From a virus, in the IMG/VR virus record IMGVR_UViG_3300035698_012898, positions 1 through 64,000 of that record: a stretch of DNA of 64,000 nucleotides; one strand, 5' to 3'. The notes under the pieces are model-generated. The model was given only the letters and a program-made list of their open reading frames with translations, was not told the origin of the DNA and did no database searches. The translations under genes were made by a program, and so were the position numbers. Each line of letters starts with the position of its first letter. Within the stretch, counting starts at the first letter, position 1. Positions 18,830 through 29,600 of the stretch are shown here, piece by piece.

Positions 18830-21337
18830 CTACACATGCTTCGCGTGGCTCGCATCGAACCAGCTTGTCCCGTCACATACCAGATTCCATCCGCCGTATT
18901 CTGCCGTCAATGTCTCGTCGCCCGCGCCAGCATGGAGATAAATGTCCTGACTGCCACCGCCTTCCGCATGTTCAAGTATTGCAGCATTCGCTGCCGTTGC
19001 ATCGGTTTTGACAACGGTTAGCTTTTGGCCAGCTACGCCGCCCGCGAACCCGCCGATGGTGACAGAGCCGCCCGTCGTGTCAATGAATAGCGTGTTGACG
19101 CCGGACACGTCTACGTTGTCAGTGGGCCCAACCGTTGAGAATGAAGACGAGCCGGAAGCAATTGCATTTGTCACCTGAACAAGACCAGCGGCAGAAATCT
19201 TGAGGTTGGTCACCGGCACACTTGAGCCATTTAGCGTGGTCATAAATAACAACTCGCCGGGCATGTCCGAAGTATCGTCTCCGGGCGTCCCGTCCACCCT
19301 GCATTCGATGTAGGCCGCGTCGTTATATTGACCCGCTGTGTGATCGTTGTAGCCACGGAACCTAAAGCGCCCAAGAATGTCCCCGTCTACACTGACGGTT
19401 GGGCTTGCAGCCGTGCCCCTGCTTGCCCGCAGAATGACCTGTGCTGGCGAAATGCCATCGTTATAATGGGCTTGGACTTGCATCACGGTTCCATATTGGG
19501 TATCAGCCGAGATGTCCAGCGATAGGGCAGGCGTAATCCCGATGCCTATCCGGTTGGCAAAAATCGCGTAACCGTCCGTGTCGAACGTGATGATGTTCGC
19601 AACCTCATCGTTGCCGATCTGGTCGCCGCCGACCACGAGGTCATCTATCAAGGTAAGGCCACCGGCAGCAAGGAAAGTACCTCGTTTTGTGCTGTTAGTC
19701 CAGAAGTTGATCTCATAAGCGCCTGCAGCCGATAACGAAAGGCCACCCGATGCATCAATAGCTTCAAGCAACACACTATCAGCAACATATTGATTGCTCG
19801 TAGTATACGCACTACTCAGTGCCCACATGCTAATGTGTGCGGCGTTAGCTTCGGCTCGTACCCGTGATGACGCTGCCGTGCCAGACGTGTTGTTGTCCAA
19901 CAAGATCTCGGTCACACCATTCCAGTCTTTTTCAACCTCTAACTCTGCGCTTGGCGTAGATGTCCCAATACCCAAATTTCCACCGTAGGTCAGACGCATT
20001 TCCTCTTCGACAGCCCCATTCTTGCCCGTCGCAAACACCAATTCCGTCTTGTTAATTGCCGCAGTAAATTCCGCATCTGCCTCTGCCCAGATGGATGCGG
20101 CAACAAGCCTGGAATCACCTTCATCGGTCTCCAACGGAGCCTGGAAATTTATCTGACCCAACACGTTGCCAGCTACTACGTCAACGTCAGAGGTGCTAAG
20201 CGTCAGGATACCGCCAGTATTCGCGTCCCCCCGCACGTCAACCTGTGTCTGTGGCGCCGCCGTGTTGAAGCCAGTGAAGCCATCACTGCCCTGGACAAAC
20301 AGTGCGTTGACTTGACCGACGCCCTCAACACGGAAGTCAAGGTCTGCCCCCGCCTCGTTAAGGATAACCGCACCCATTGTCACTGTTGCCGCAACGCCGA
20401 AACTGATTGCCGTCGGGGTCGTATTGAACAGCGCTACGCTCGCTTCATCGTTTGTAATGGTTGTGGAGTTGATTGCCGTGGTTGCGCCGTTCACGGTCAG
20501 GCCAACGAGGGTCGCAAGGCCGGTGCTGTGGTCCATCAAAATAATGTTATCAATCAGTGCCGCACCATCTTCATCGACCGAAGCAAACTTTGTCGTTCCC
20601 CCGTCGGTGCGTAGTAATATGGTTTTTTCGTCTGCACCAGCGCCAGAATCGACCAACACCAGGCCAGCAGTGGCGGTCCCCTGTATCAACACAGATGGAT
20701 TCGCGCCATCGGCCACTATGATGCCAGCGCCCACTAAATCAGTGTCTACCGATGATGCCCCTACGTGTAATCCTACTTGCGGCGTGTTCGTGTCGATGCC
20801 TATGTTACCGTCCGTGAAGATGTCACCATCGGCTTCATGATCTGCACCGGTATCTCCGAACCCGCCACCAACCTCCAAAGAATCTATGGCTACCGTAGAA
20901 GTTGCGTTGAACGTAGAAGGTGAAATGATAACACAATTAGCCGTGTCTCCTGCACTTGCTGCCGTCGAGGTGGCAATGGCAAACACTCCCGTAAATTCCC
21001 CAGCACCAGCAGGTGTTGCCCTGCCTTTTACAGCAGACGTGGTAAGGTAGTCCCCAATAGCTGTCGTAGCGTTCATCGTAACGGTAGCATAACTACTAGG
21101 TAAGCGCACTGCTCCGGTCTCACCGTTACCTGTATCTTCCCAGAGAACACCAAGTACATATCCATTGGCGGGTGTGTCCGTGGTTTCAAATGCATTGGCT
21201 GTACCCGTGTCTATAATAACCACATCATACTTGGATGCTGCGTCACCTCCATTTTCAAAGCGGTAAGCTACTTGTGCTCTCGCAGGTAGGCTGAAAAAGA
21301 TTAACAACGCCAAAGCAAGTAGGCTCTTGTATCGCAT
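18830..21337 (-). CDS. Fibre/spike-like protein with N-terminal signal peptide
   Basis: MRYKSLLALALLIFFSLPARA-Q; repeated GNIGIDTNTP, GFNTAAP, GNLGIGTSTP, RIGIGITP fibre motifs. Confidence 0.8.
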   Translation of the reverse strand: MRYKSLLALALLIFFSLPARAQVAYRFENGGDAASKYDVVIIDTGTANAFETTDTPANGYVLGVLWEDTGNGETGAVRLPSSYATVTMNATTAIGDYLTTSAVKGRATPAGAGEFTGVFAIATSTAASAGDTANCVIISPSTFNATSTVAIDSLEVGGGFGDTGADHEADGDIFTDGNIGIDTNTPQVGLHVGASSVDTDLVGAGIIVADGANPSVLIQGTATAGLVLVDSGAGADEKTILLRTDGGTTKFASVDEDGAALIDNIILMDHSTGLATLVGLTVNGATTAINSTTITNDEASVALFNTTPTAISFGVAATVTMGAVILNEAGADLDFRVEGVGQVNALFVQGSDGFTGFNTAAPQTQVDVRGDANTGGILTLSTSDVDVVAGNVLGQINFQAPLETDEGDSRLVAASIWAEADAEFTAAINKTELVFATGKNGAVEEEMRLTYGGNLGIGTSTPSAELEVEKDWNGVTEILLDNNTSGTAASSRVRAEANAAHISMWALSSAYTTSNQYVADSVLLEAIDASGGLSLSAAGAYEINFWTNSTKRGTFLAAGGLTLIDDLVVGGDQIGNDEVANIITFDTDGYAIFANRIGIGITPALSLDISADTQYGTVMQVQAHYNDGISPAQVILRASRGTAASPTVSVDGDILGRFRFRGYNDHTAGQYNDAAYIECRVDGTPGDDTSDMPGELLFMTTLNGSSVPVTNLKISAAGLVQVTNAIASGSSSFSTVGPTDNVDVSGVNTLFIDTTGGSVTIGGFAGGVAGQKLTVVKTDATAANAAILEHAEGGGSQDIYLHAGAGDETLTAEYGGWNLVCDGTSWFDASHAKHV

Positions 21338-21349
21338 GAGACTATCTCC

Positions 21350-21685
21350 TTATCGTCCTGGAAAAAAGGATATTATTACAGTTCGCAAGACTTGGACAAG
21401 AAGTGCTGCGCCAAGACCTATGCCGCCCATAATAAACCCCAGTCGTGTCTTTTGTATTGCCTGGTTTGTCTTGACCGTATTAAGTCCGTTTGTGAGTAGA
21501 AGACACTGTGCTGTACAATGTTCTTGCTGCTTGCTAACTATAGCATTAATCCGACTAAATAGCTTCTCCGTGTTTTCACGGTGGCTTGTTTCTAGTGTGG
21601 TAAATCCTGTCTTTAACCAACCGATATCGGTTTGAATCTGCCCCAATTCACGTCCACCGTTAGTTTGCTTAGGTGTATCGGCCAT
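21350..21685 (-). CDS. Coiled-coil protein with C-terminal TM (XhlA/holin-like)
   Basis: Helical N-terminus, LGFIMGGIGLGAALLVQVL TM. Confidence 0.55.
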   Translation of the reverse strand: MADTPKQTNGGRELGQIQTDIGWLKTGFTTLETSHRENTEKLFSRINAIVSKQQEHCTAQCLLLTNGLNTVKTNQAIQKTRLGFIMGGIGLGAALLVQVLRTVIISFFPGR

Positions 21686-21707
21686 TATTTATAAGTCCTT
21701 CTAGCCG

Positions 21708-22139
21708 CTATGGCGTGTCCGCTGCTTCTAACGTTTTAATACACTCCTCAATTTCACCAAGGTCAATATCGTACAACCAATCGTTGGCTCCTGTCAAGGC
21801 CGCTTCATTCCTAGTCCAGTCATACGCCGCGCCACCAGTGGCGCCATACTTAGTCCTGTCACCCAACGCAACATAGTACAAGTTGTTTGCATCACTGTCT
21901 GTCCAATTGTACACAACGCTGGTCGCCGGATTGATGTAATAGCCGTAATCAAGAAGCCTCTCAATAGCAATACGCATGTCAGCAAGTGGCGCAGTTATAT
22001 TGTAATCTACACCAACACCCCCAAAGGCAGAATCCAATGCATCAGCATCAGGTACAGCAACACCGCCATCAGGTGTTCCAAGAGACTCAAATACTGCCTG
22101 GGTATACCCTTTGAATTCTGTATAACTATATTGTGTCAC
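21708..22139 (-). CDS. Hypothetical tail-region protein
   Basis: 143 aa acidic ORF in tail operon. Confidence 0.7.
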   Translation of the reverse strand: MTQYSYTEFKGYTQAVFESLGTPDGGVAVPDADALDSAFGGVGVDYNITAPLADMRIAIERLLDYGYYINPATSVVYNWTDSDANNLYYVALGDRTKYGATGGAAYDWTRNEAALTGANDWLYDIDLGEIEECIKTLEAADTP

Positions 22140-22142
22140 ATC

Positions 22143-23198
22143 TTAGCTCCCTGCCGCCTGAGTTACAACAACATCTACCGGACTGTATAATGCACCATCT
22201 GCTGTAACCCGAATAGTCGCTTGCCGAGATCCACCAGTATTTGTAAGCCAATAAAACACAACCCCAAATTGGGTTGTCTCTCCTGGCCCAAGCGTTCCGT
22301 AAAGCACAAGATCTGCGCCGTCATAATAATAATCAAAGGCACTTGCGCTTAAAAAAAGCCAAGAACTTGAAGGCGTAACCCGCACCGTAAAGTACATTGA
22401 TCCAATGCCGCTATTCTTAATGAAGAAATACTTATATGGCGAAAGGTCGTAAGAAGACCCTCTAGGTGCTGGAGCAGCGAAGCTGGTAGGCCAAACAACC
22501 AGGACGGAAGAACTGGCTAACTGTTGTACAGTTACCTCTGTCGGTGTGCCGACAGCCCCTGCGGCAACTACGCGGAGCGTTCCTACTCTTGTAGCCCCTG
22601 TATTCTCCGTAAAGTCTAAAGTAACTGTACCACTATCTGTTCCGCTTCCTCCAGAGGCGACAGTCAACCACGATCCGCCATCCGTTACGGATGCGGTCCA
22701 CGGCATAGATCCACCACCAGTATTCGTCACATCAAAAGTAGTTGAACTCGCACCAGCTGCTACCTCTCGGCTACTCGGCGCAACATTTAGAACAGGTTGA
22801 TCAGACGCAGCTTGAACTACGCTTACATCTATAGGACTTCCGGTAGCACCAGACGCTGTTACACGAACAGTCCCCGTACGTTCTACGCCGGCATTTTCTG
22901 TATATGATAGAGAGATCGTACCCGCATTAGTACCGCTTGAACCATCTGTGATCGTTAGCCAGGCACCCCCTGAGATAACGGTAGCTGTCCATCCCATTGA
23001 ACCATCACCGCTATTTGATACAGAAAACGAAGTTGATCCTGCTGCGTTACTTGCTTCCCTGCTACTTGGTGACACAGCAAGAATGGAAGTCCCGTTGTCA
23101 CGTATTCCTTTCTCTAGAGCATTGATCCGTCGCATCAGCCCACAGTACTGCGCAGAAGTCCGACTAGTGTCCGCAAAGTCGTTTGTGTTCTGCGGCAT
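22143..23198 (-). CDS. Tail accessory protein with three BACON/Ig-like domains
   Basis: Three ~95 aa repeats: L.V.P.S...F.V.N.G.GSM.WTA.V..G..WL...N.G..R.GT.RV.A.GA..SP..V.V.Q. Confidence 0.85.
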   Translation of the reverse strand: MPQNTNDFADTSRTSAQYCGLMRRINALEKGIRDNGTSILAVSPSSREASNAAGSTSFSVSNSGDGSMGWTATVISGGAWLTITDGSSGTNAGTISLSYTENAGVERTGTVRVTASGATGSPIDVSVVQAASDQPVLNVAPSSREVAAGASSTTFDVTNTGGGSMPWTASVTDGGSWLTVASGGSGTDSGTVTLDFTENTGATRVGTLRVVAAGAVGTPTEVTVQQLASSSVLVVWPTSFAAPAPRGSSYDLSPYKYFFIKNSGIGSMYFTVRVTPSSSWLFLSASAFDYYYDGADLVLYGTLGPGETTQFGVVFYWLTNTGGSRQATIRVTADGALYSPVDVVVTQAAGS

Positions 23199-23201
23199 AC
23201 C

Positions 23202-25523
23202 TTATGCTCCCGTATACGACGACCAGCCGCTAACGCGCTTCCACTCTACGGCTACGTCTTGTGCATCCGAGTCATACCCGACGTACTCATAACGAGCACC
23301 CGTACTTGTTATCACAGCAAGATCCCCTACACGATATTTCAACCCTTCCACGTAGGTTGCATGTGCGTCATCAATAAGGTCATGAAGTGCATCCAAAGAA
23401 GCCACTTGGAATATCCTGGGCATGTGTGTCAGCCTGGACCCGTCTGTCGTTTGCAGCTTGTCCAAGGCAGCGGAGCTTATAGCGTGTTCATGATCCAAAG
23501 AAGCGGCTGCCCTGGACGTGCCTAAAGAAGACCGTCCAAACGTAGTCGCTCGTGTTCGTTGTTCACGTGCATTCAATTTGCCTGCTTGTACAGATGCCCG
23601 CATTTCGCCCATCATTGCATTTCCAATACCAGGCATTAAGTACGGGGATGAATCAGATGAAGCCAGCCGACGTAAGACACGTGCATCATTCTTCTTGGCT
23701 AAACCAAACAAGTCTACTTCGCCGCAAGTCAACGTAGCTACCACGTCATCCCCAAACGAAATACTAACCGCCAGAATTTTCATGTAATACGTGTCCCCTT
23801 TGCGAGCCCGCACTGCTACCAAAGATTCTCCTGGCCAGTAGTCTAAAGCAACGCGAGTAACCTTTACTTGCCACTGCCCTCCTGTGGATTGTGTCATGTC
23901 CATGACGTTCGTGGCAGCCCTGGACATATCTTTGTGACTACTAATCCCGTCCAGCACGAGCAATGGCCCCCTACGGCGTGGTCCGTTATTCACGTATCTA
24001 CCAATAAGCCGTGGTTGCATCCTATCCCGTATAGTTGTCAGTACCTCGCCTACCCTTGTGTCCCCAAGAGCAGTACGATCCCGATATAACCAACCCAAGC
24101 CTGGATGGGCAGCTTCAATTTCTTGAACGTCAGCATATGAAGCAAAAAACGCTGTCGGGTCTACGCTAATCGGCGTCGTTTCAGATGTTGCTTCCCTACG
24201 ACGTAACGGATGGTTCCACTGACTCATTGGGCCGTACCCAAGATTCCATCGAGCGCTTGCTTGCATTGCGGAAGTTTCACGATACATAAATTCCATGTCA
24301 CGGTTTGCAGTAACCCTTGCTTTTGTCCGTTGCTCTGGTACTACTGTTACGTCTGTTGCGCCGTCTCTGGTAACTCCCCGTGTTGCATCTTCAAGAACAT
24401 CCGAAACTATTTCTACAGCACCATGCATCGTTTCTAAATCGTATTGCTGGCCAATACGGAACAGCTTAATCGTGTCAGTATCAAGTTGGCTTTGTGTACT
24501 TGTAGTCACCACGGCCGGTTTGAAAAAGACTTCACCTGCTGCGTCTACGCCAAACGTCACATCACCGACAAGAAGTGCAAGGGTTTCTAACACCTCGATT
24601 AACGTGGCATCCGTATCATCTAAATTGAGAACATCCACATCCACACTGCCACCAGCCGTAATCTTAGCTGCGTCATAACCACCAGAATAATATGTGCTGA
24701 CAAGATCCTTCACAATATTTTGAATGTCCGTATCAGCAATAGATTGTTCCCTGGAAGTAGCCGTGGCCGTAAACGATTCCACGTACTCGTAGTCGGCTTC
24801 CCAATCGACTGTCCCGTCATCAACAAATTCAGGTACAGCAACATCCACGTAGTAATACTTTGTCGGACTTCCGCCAAGTCCCGTATCGTGGCCGCCACCA
24901 ACACGCCTACCAGTACCAGCATACATATCGGCATAGAATGCTTTGAACACTCTGTACCTGGTTGCATTAGCTTCATCATCCCACGTTAGACTTGCTGCCT
25001 TTGGTTCTAATGCCGGTGGGTCTGACCCGACAAGCGTCATCGTTGTAGTACATTTAGACCCGGCATCCGGTGTGCTGCCTGTCCATTTCCAACCAACCTC
25101 ATCTCCGGCAAACACGTAGTATTCATGAAGCCCTTTGCCAAGGTACCCGTCAGCAACTTGTGCTGCCGCTAAGTTGCTTGGAGCACTTATCTCCACATCG
25201 CCATACAACCCCATCGGATCAATCTCTGCCAGTTCGGTCTGCGCGTATCCTGTGCCGGAGATAGTCAGCCCTTGTGTTAAGGACGTTTGTAAGTTTGCAA
25301 CAATGCCTTTCCACCATACAGTAACCGCATCAAACTTAATCTCAATAACAGAGCCAAGGTTGATGCCAAGAAAATCGTCAAACTCTGCCGTTGAAATCTG
25401 CAAGGTGGCAGAACCACAACCTACACCGCGTTCTCGCGTAAACGTACAAGAGTCCGCACGGCTAGTAAAGTCCACGCCGTCTATTTCAATGACTCTTGTG
25501 TACCCATATTCAGGCGCTGCCAT
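23202..25523 (-). CDS. Tail tip/baseplate hub protein
   Basis: 773 aa downstream of Dit-like gene; FGVDAAGEVFF hub-like motif. Confidence 0.65.
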   Translation of the reverse strand: MAAPEYGYTRVIEIDGVDFTSRADSCTFTRERGVGCGSATLQISTAEFDDFLGINLGSVIEIKFDAVTVWWKGIVANLQTSLTQGLTISGTGYAQTELAEIDPMGLYGDVEISAPSNLAAAQVADGYLGKGLHEYYVFAGDEVGWKWTGSTPDAGSKCTTTMTLVGSDPPALEPKAASLTWDDEANATRYRVFKAFYADMYAGTGRRVGGGHDTGLGGSPTKYYYVDVAVPEFVDDGTVDWEADYEYVESFTATATSREQSIADTDIQNIVKDLVSTYYSGGYDAAKITAGGSVDVDVLNLDDTDATLIEVLETLALLVGDVTFGVDAAGEVFFKPAVVTTSTQSQLDTDTIKLFRIGQQYDLETMHGAVEIVSDVLEDATRGVTRDGATDVTVVPEQRTKARVTANRDMEFMYRETSAMQASARWNLGYGPMSQWNHPLRRREATSETTPISVDPTAFFASYADVQEIEAAHPGLGWLYRDRTALGDTRVGEVLTTIRDRMQPRLIGRYVNNGPRRRGPLLVLDGISSHKDMSRAATNVMDMTQSTGGQWQVKVTRVALDYWPGESLVAVRARKGDTYYMKILAVSISFGDDVVATLTCGEVDLFGLAKKNDARVLRRLASSDSSPYLMPGIGNAMMGEMRASVQAGKLNAREQRTRATTFGRSSLGTSRAAASLDHEHAISSAALDKLQTTDGSRLTHMPRIFQVASLDALHDLIDDAHATYVEGLKYRVGDLAVITSTGARYEYVGYDSDAQDVAVEWKRVSGWSSYTGA

Positions 25524-26158
25524 TAGTAACTTCCCCGAACCATAGACCCAAATTGTGTCAACCCAACTTGCACGCCACCAACAGTTATAATCGTTCCATC
25601 TTGCTTTACCTTAATTACGCAATCCCCAGACAAGTTAAGCACTTGCAAAATTGGAATCGAAGCTCCTGCCTCAGACCCAAGAGCAAATACAATCTGTGGG
25701 AACACCCCAAAGGTTAGTACCGTTGACCTATATGGAAAGTCGCCTATAGTTTCCGGCAATTCTTCCAGCGTGATCGATGGTGCACCAACAACCATCTTGT
25801 CTTCTAACAACAACAGGTCTCCGTCCGTGTTGATTGCAACTACTGCGTCACCATCTGCGTCCTCAAAGTAAGCACCGATTGCTGTTGCAGCCAACGGTGC
25901 CGAATAACCACCGATCAATGTACCCGCCAGCATTATCCTGCCGTCAGACAAAAACTGTGCAACTGAATTGCCATCTAGCCCGCATACTACTAAGCCGCTT
26001 TCTCCTACATCGTCAGAGCACTTTAAATAGGTAGGCCCATGAATCGTGTACTTGTTTTGTGCACTGTTCCCAGCATAGTCAGTTACGGCTGCAACCTTTG
26101 CATATACAGTACCGAACAGCAAGAGTTCCAGCTTTGGTAGTGTCGCTGCTTCTGCCAT
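25523..26158 (-). CDS. Tail-associated hypothetical protein
   Basis: Position and TAATG coupling. Confidence 0.6.
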   Translation of the reverse strand: MAEAATLPKLELLLFGTVYAKVAAVTDYAGNSAQNKYTIHGPTYLKCSDDVGESGLVVCGLDGNSVAQFLSDGRIMLAGTLIGGYSAPLAATAIGAYFEDADGDAVVAINTDGDLLLLEDKMVVGAPSITLEELPETIGDFPYRSTVLTFGVFPQIVFALGSEAGASIPILQVLNLSGDCVIKVKQDGTIITVGGVQVGLTQFGSMVRGSY

Positions 26159-26183
26159 TGAATACCACTCTTACCCTTCAAGA

Positions 26184-26660
26184 CTACCTCTTATGCCAGA
26201 CCACGCCGTCAGGAACTAACAAGGTGAATGCATACGGCAAGTACAATACGGTCTGATTGGAATAATCAAAACTCAGGTCCGTACAGTAACAGTCTTTATA
26301 GAACACCGTACCTGCTGCTGCATTATATTCGCGGTTGCCAATCTTAACACCAGAGACAAACCGATAGAAGACAAATGGATCATTCGCCTCCATCAGGTGC
26401 TCGGTCATAATCTCACTTTCAAGAATGATATTCGTAACCATCCCTAAGGACCTAGCTGCGTCTTGCGGATTACCAATAACGATTTGTCCTTGGAATGATA
26501 CTATAAGTTCACCACGTGTGCTCTCCGTTGCAAACACACCATCCTGAAGAGGCACAACCGTACTGCGTACACGCCGAGAATGTCGCACATTGATCTGCTG
26601 TAACGGCAACGGCAAGTCATACGTGGTTCCTCCGCGCTTTACCCTTGGCCGGTATCCCAT
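26184..26660 (-). CDS. Distal tail (Dit-like) protein
   Basis: Directly after tape measure; size and VPLQDG motif. Confidence 0.55.
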   Translation of the reverse strand: MGYRPRVKRGGTTYDLPLPLQQINVRHSRRVRSTVVPLQDGVFATESTRGELIVSFQGQIVIGNPQDAARSLGMVTNIILESEIMTEHLMEANDPFVFYRFVSGVKIGNREYNAAAGTVFYKDCYCTDLSFDYSNQTVLYLPYAFTLLVPDGVVWHKR

Positions 26661-26665
26661 GGTTG

Positions 26666-29600
26666 TTACCTCTCCGTTCGCCAGTTCAGCTGTTCCAATT
26701 CACGAATCGCTTCCGCTGCTAACGTCCGTATCTGTGTATCGTTCCTTACCTCAGCTACGTTAAGATTTACTTCCTGGTAAATAGTAGTCGGCGAACCTGT
26801 TCCACCTCCCCCACCGATACCGCCACCTATAGGAGAAACAAGCCCTTGCGCTACAGCTTCCTCATGCGTGAGCGTTGTAGTGCCTTGCATAGCAGACAAC
26901 ACGGTTGACTGCCCTGGCTGCGGATTTAAGGCTGCCCTAAACGCAGACTCCCATACATCGCTTACAGCATCCCATGCCGCTTCGTGTTCTGCTTCTTGTC
27001 TTGCTGCCTGCGCCGCTGCCTCAGATACCCGTAATGCTTCTTGTTCCGGACTACCTAAAGCCGCGAGTTCTCGTGATTCAGATACCCATTCTCTATATGC
27101 TGTTGCCGCTTCCCTTGCTGCATCTATCGCTACTTGTTGTGCAGCTTCTTCCCCAGGACCACCCATAGCGGCTGCTTGTGCTTGTCTTGCTTCTGCCGCT
27201 AAAGCTGCAGTAGTAGTCATTTCTTCTTCAAGATCTGTTACACGTTTTTTTGCGTCTTCTCTTGATTCCCATGCGCCTCGTGCTGTATCTTCTAACTCTT
27301 CACGTTTTGCCCTACTAGCAGCCGCCCTGCGTTGAGCGCGTTCTTGTTGTGCTCTCACTGACACATTTATATCTTCCACAGCGTCCGTAATTGTAGACAC
27401 TGCATCCTGCGCAGTATCGATCACTGTCTCGGAAGCTCGGATCTCCTCACGTACTAAGGCACCTTCAAGCTCCATTCTTTGTGTTGCCAAGTTCTCTCGT
27501 GATAAAGCAAGTTCAAGCTTAAGGCGTTCTAAGTCCCCTTCACTTTCCGCCATTGCCATCTCAAATTCAATTCTCTTGATCGTATCCAGGCTACGGTCTA
27601 CTACCTGTTGGAGTCGAAGTACACCAGCCGCAGCTTCCTTTTGCGCTAAGTCTTCTTCAAGCGCAAGTATTATTTCCGCAATTTCGCCAGAAGCAATAGC
27701 CTGCGTAAGTTTAAGCTCCGCAGCTTCTAGTTCTTTTGCCGCAACCGCCTGAGCAAGACTAAGTATCAACTCAGACATTTCTTTTGCAGCGGCAGCTTCT
27801 TCTTTAGCCCTAACCTTTGCTTCTTCAAGAGCTGCTTCAGCCCTAGCTTCCGCAGCGGCTTTCATCTCTTCAGCAACACGTACATCCTCAGATATTTTAA
27901 CCTGTTCAAGAACTATCCGATCTGCCGCCATCAGAGACAACACTTTAGCCCGCTCAAGTTTAAGCAGCTCAAGTTCCTGTTCATCTGTTGTCATTGCAAC
28001 TTCAAGGTCGATCCTCTCAAGCTGTATAGCTCCTAGAGCAATTACACGTTCAAGGGCAAGCTCTGTGGCTTCAACACGCCTCTCAGCAATGTCTTGCTCA
28101 AGAGCCTGTATCTTTTTCTCGGAAGCGCCAGCTACTATCGCCTGGTCAAGCCTAAGTTCCGCCGCCTCAATCGTCTCATTTAGCTTGGCTTGTTCAAGTT
28201 CAATTCGTCTTGCTGCAATCTCCGCTTCTGTAATCTCCTGTTCATGCTGAAGTCGTAATGCCTCTTCAGCAGCCTTAGCGATTTCTTCTGCCAGCTTTTT
28301 CGCAGCAGCTATCCTTTCCTCTTCAATCCGAAGTTCTTCGGCTATAAGTTCTTCACGAATCTTTTGCGCTTTCTCTGCAGCAGCAGCTACTTCTTCCGCC
28401 GCCTTTATCGCAGCTTCGGCAGCAGCAAGGTCACGTTGAATCTTAGCAGTGGCGATCTGCTCTTGTAAGATTGCCAAGTCCAGAAGAAGAAGTTCCTTCT
28501 CTTTTTCATCGGTTGATAAGGCAATCTCCAGTTCAATACGCCTCTCCTGTAATTCCTTGGTTGCAATAGCGTGGTCATATTGTAGCTGGATTGCTTCTGC
28601 TTCTTTCGCCAACACCACTAAAGTTAATTTATGAATGGTAGTAGCAGAAGCCTCCGCAGCAATAGCCTGCGCAAGTTTAAGCTGTGCTGCCTCTAGTTCT
28701 GTATCGACAGTAGCTTGGACCAACTCTATTTGCTTAGCAGCTAACGCAGACTCCTCAATCGCTTGGTCATACTTGGTTGTGTCTATAACCGTTGCCGTAG
28801 CCGCCGCAGCATCTTCGGCTGCAAGAGCAATAGCATCTAGAGCAGCAACGCCGTCTGCTTGAAGCTGGCCAAACTTACCGGATAGGTCTGGCGGCACTAT
28901 CATCTTCATATTCTCACCAGTGCCTTCAAGCGTTGCATTGATGCTATCCAACATCTGAAGCATGCCAAGCAGTGATGTTTCAGATAACCCTTCTGGCCCA
29001 CTCATAATGCTTAGCGATTGCGTGCCTCCAATGCTCGTTTGCATTTCTGTTGAAAGTACGCCTCCGGCCGCATAGTATTCTTTAAGCATCTGAATTTGGC
29101 TAGCATACATCTTCTGGTACAACGCATACATAGTGTCGGCAAAGTCCACGTTGATCTTGGTCATGTAATCCACACCAGACTGTACCTCAGATACAAGTGC
29201 GGGTGAATGCGTTGCCCACGGGTTAATATACTGCATCGCATCGTAAATGCCTGAGAAGATACCAGTTACCGTAGCAGAGAATCCTTGCCACAGGCTAGCC
29301 ATGTAGTTCGTGGCTGACGCAAGACTTGCACCCGCTTGTACATACATAGCATCCATGGTTGTAAAGTCAATGCCAAGCTGTTCAAGGACAGAAGCACTAT
29401 GCTGTGCGCTGGGCAAGAAGTCTTTTAAAGCCTCGGCAGCCCGTGGTGTAATCTCTTCTACCTTGGCAGCACCAGCAGCAATAGTATCAACCATATCTTG
29501 TACGTCAGAAGCTAACACCTCTGGATGTGTCTCTACCAGCCTTTCAAGCATGACAGGAAAGTCTTGTGTAAGATCGTCTACTGTTCTTCCGTGCGCTAAG

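Noticed and set aside
22143-22520. DGR variable region in the last BACON repeat
   Set aside because: No template repeat or reverse transcriptase found in the window
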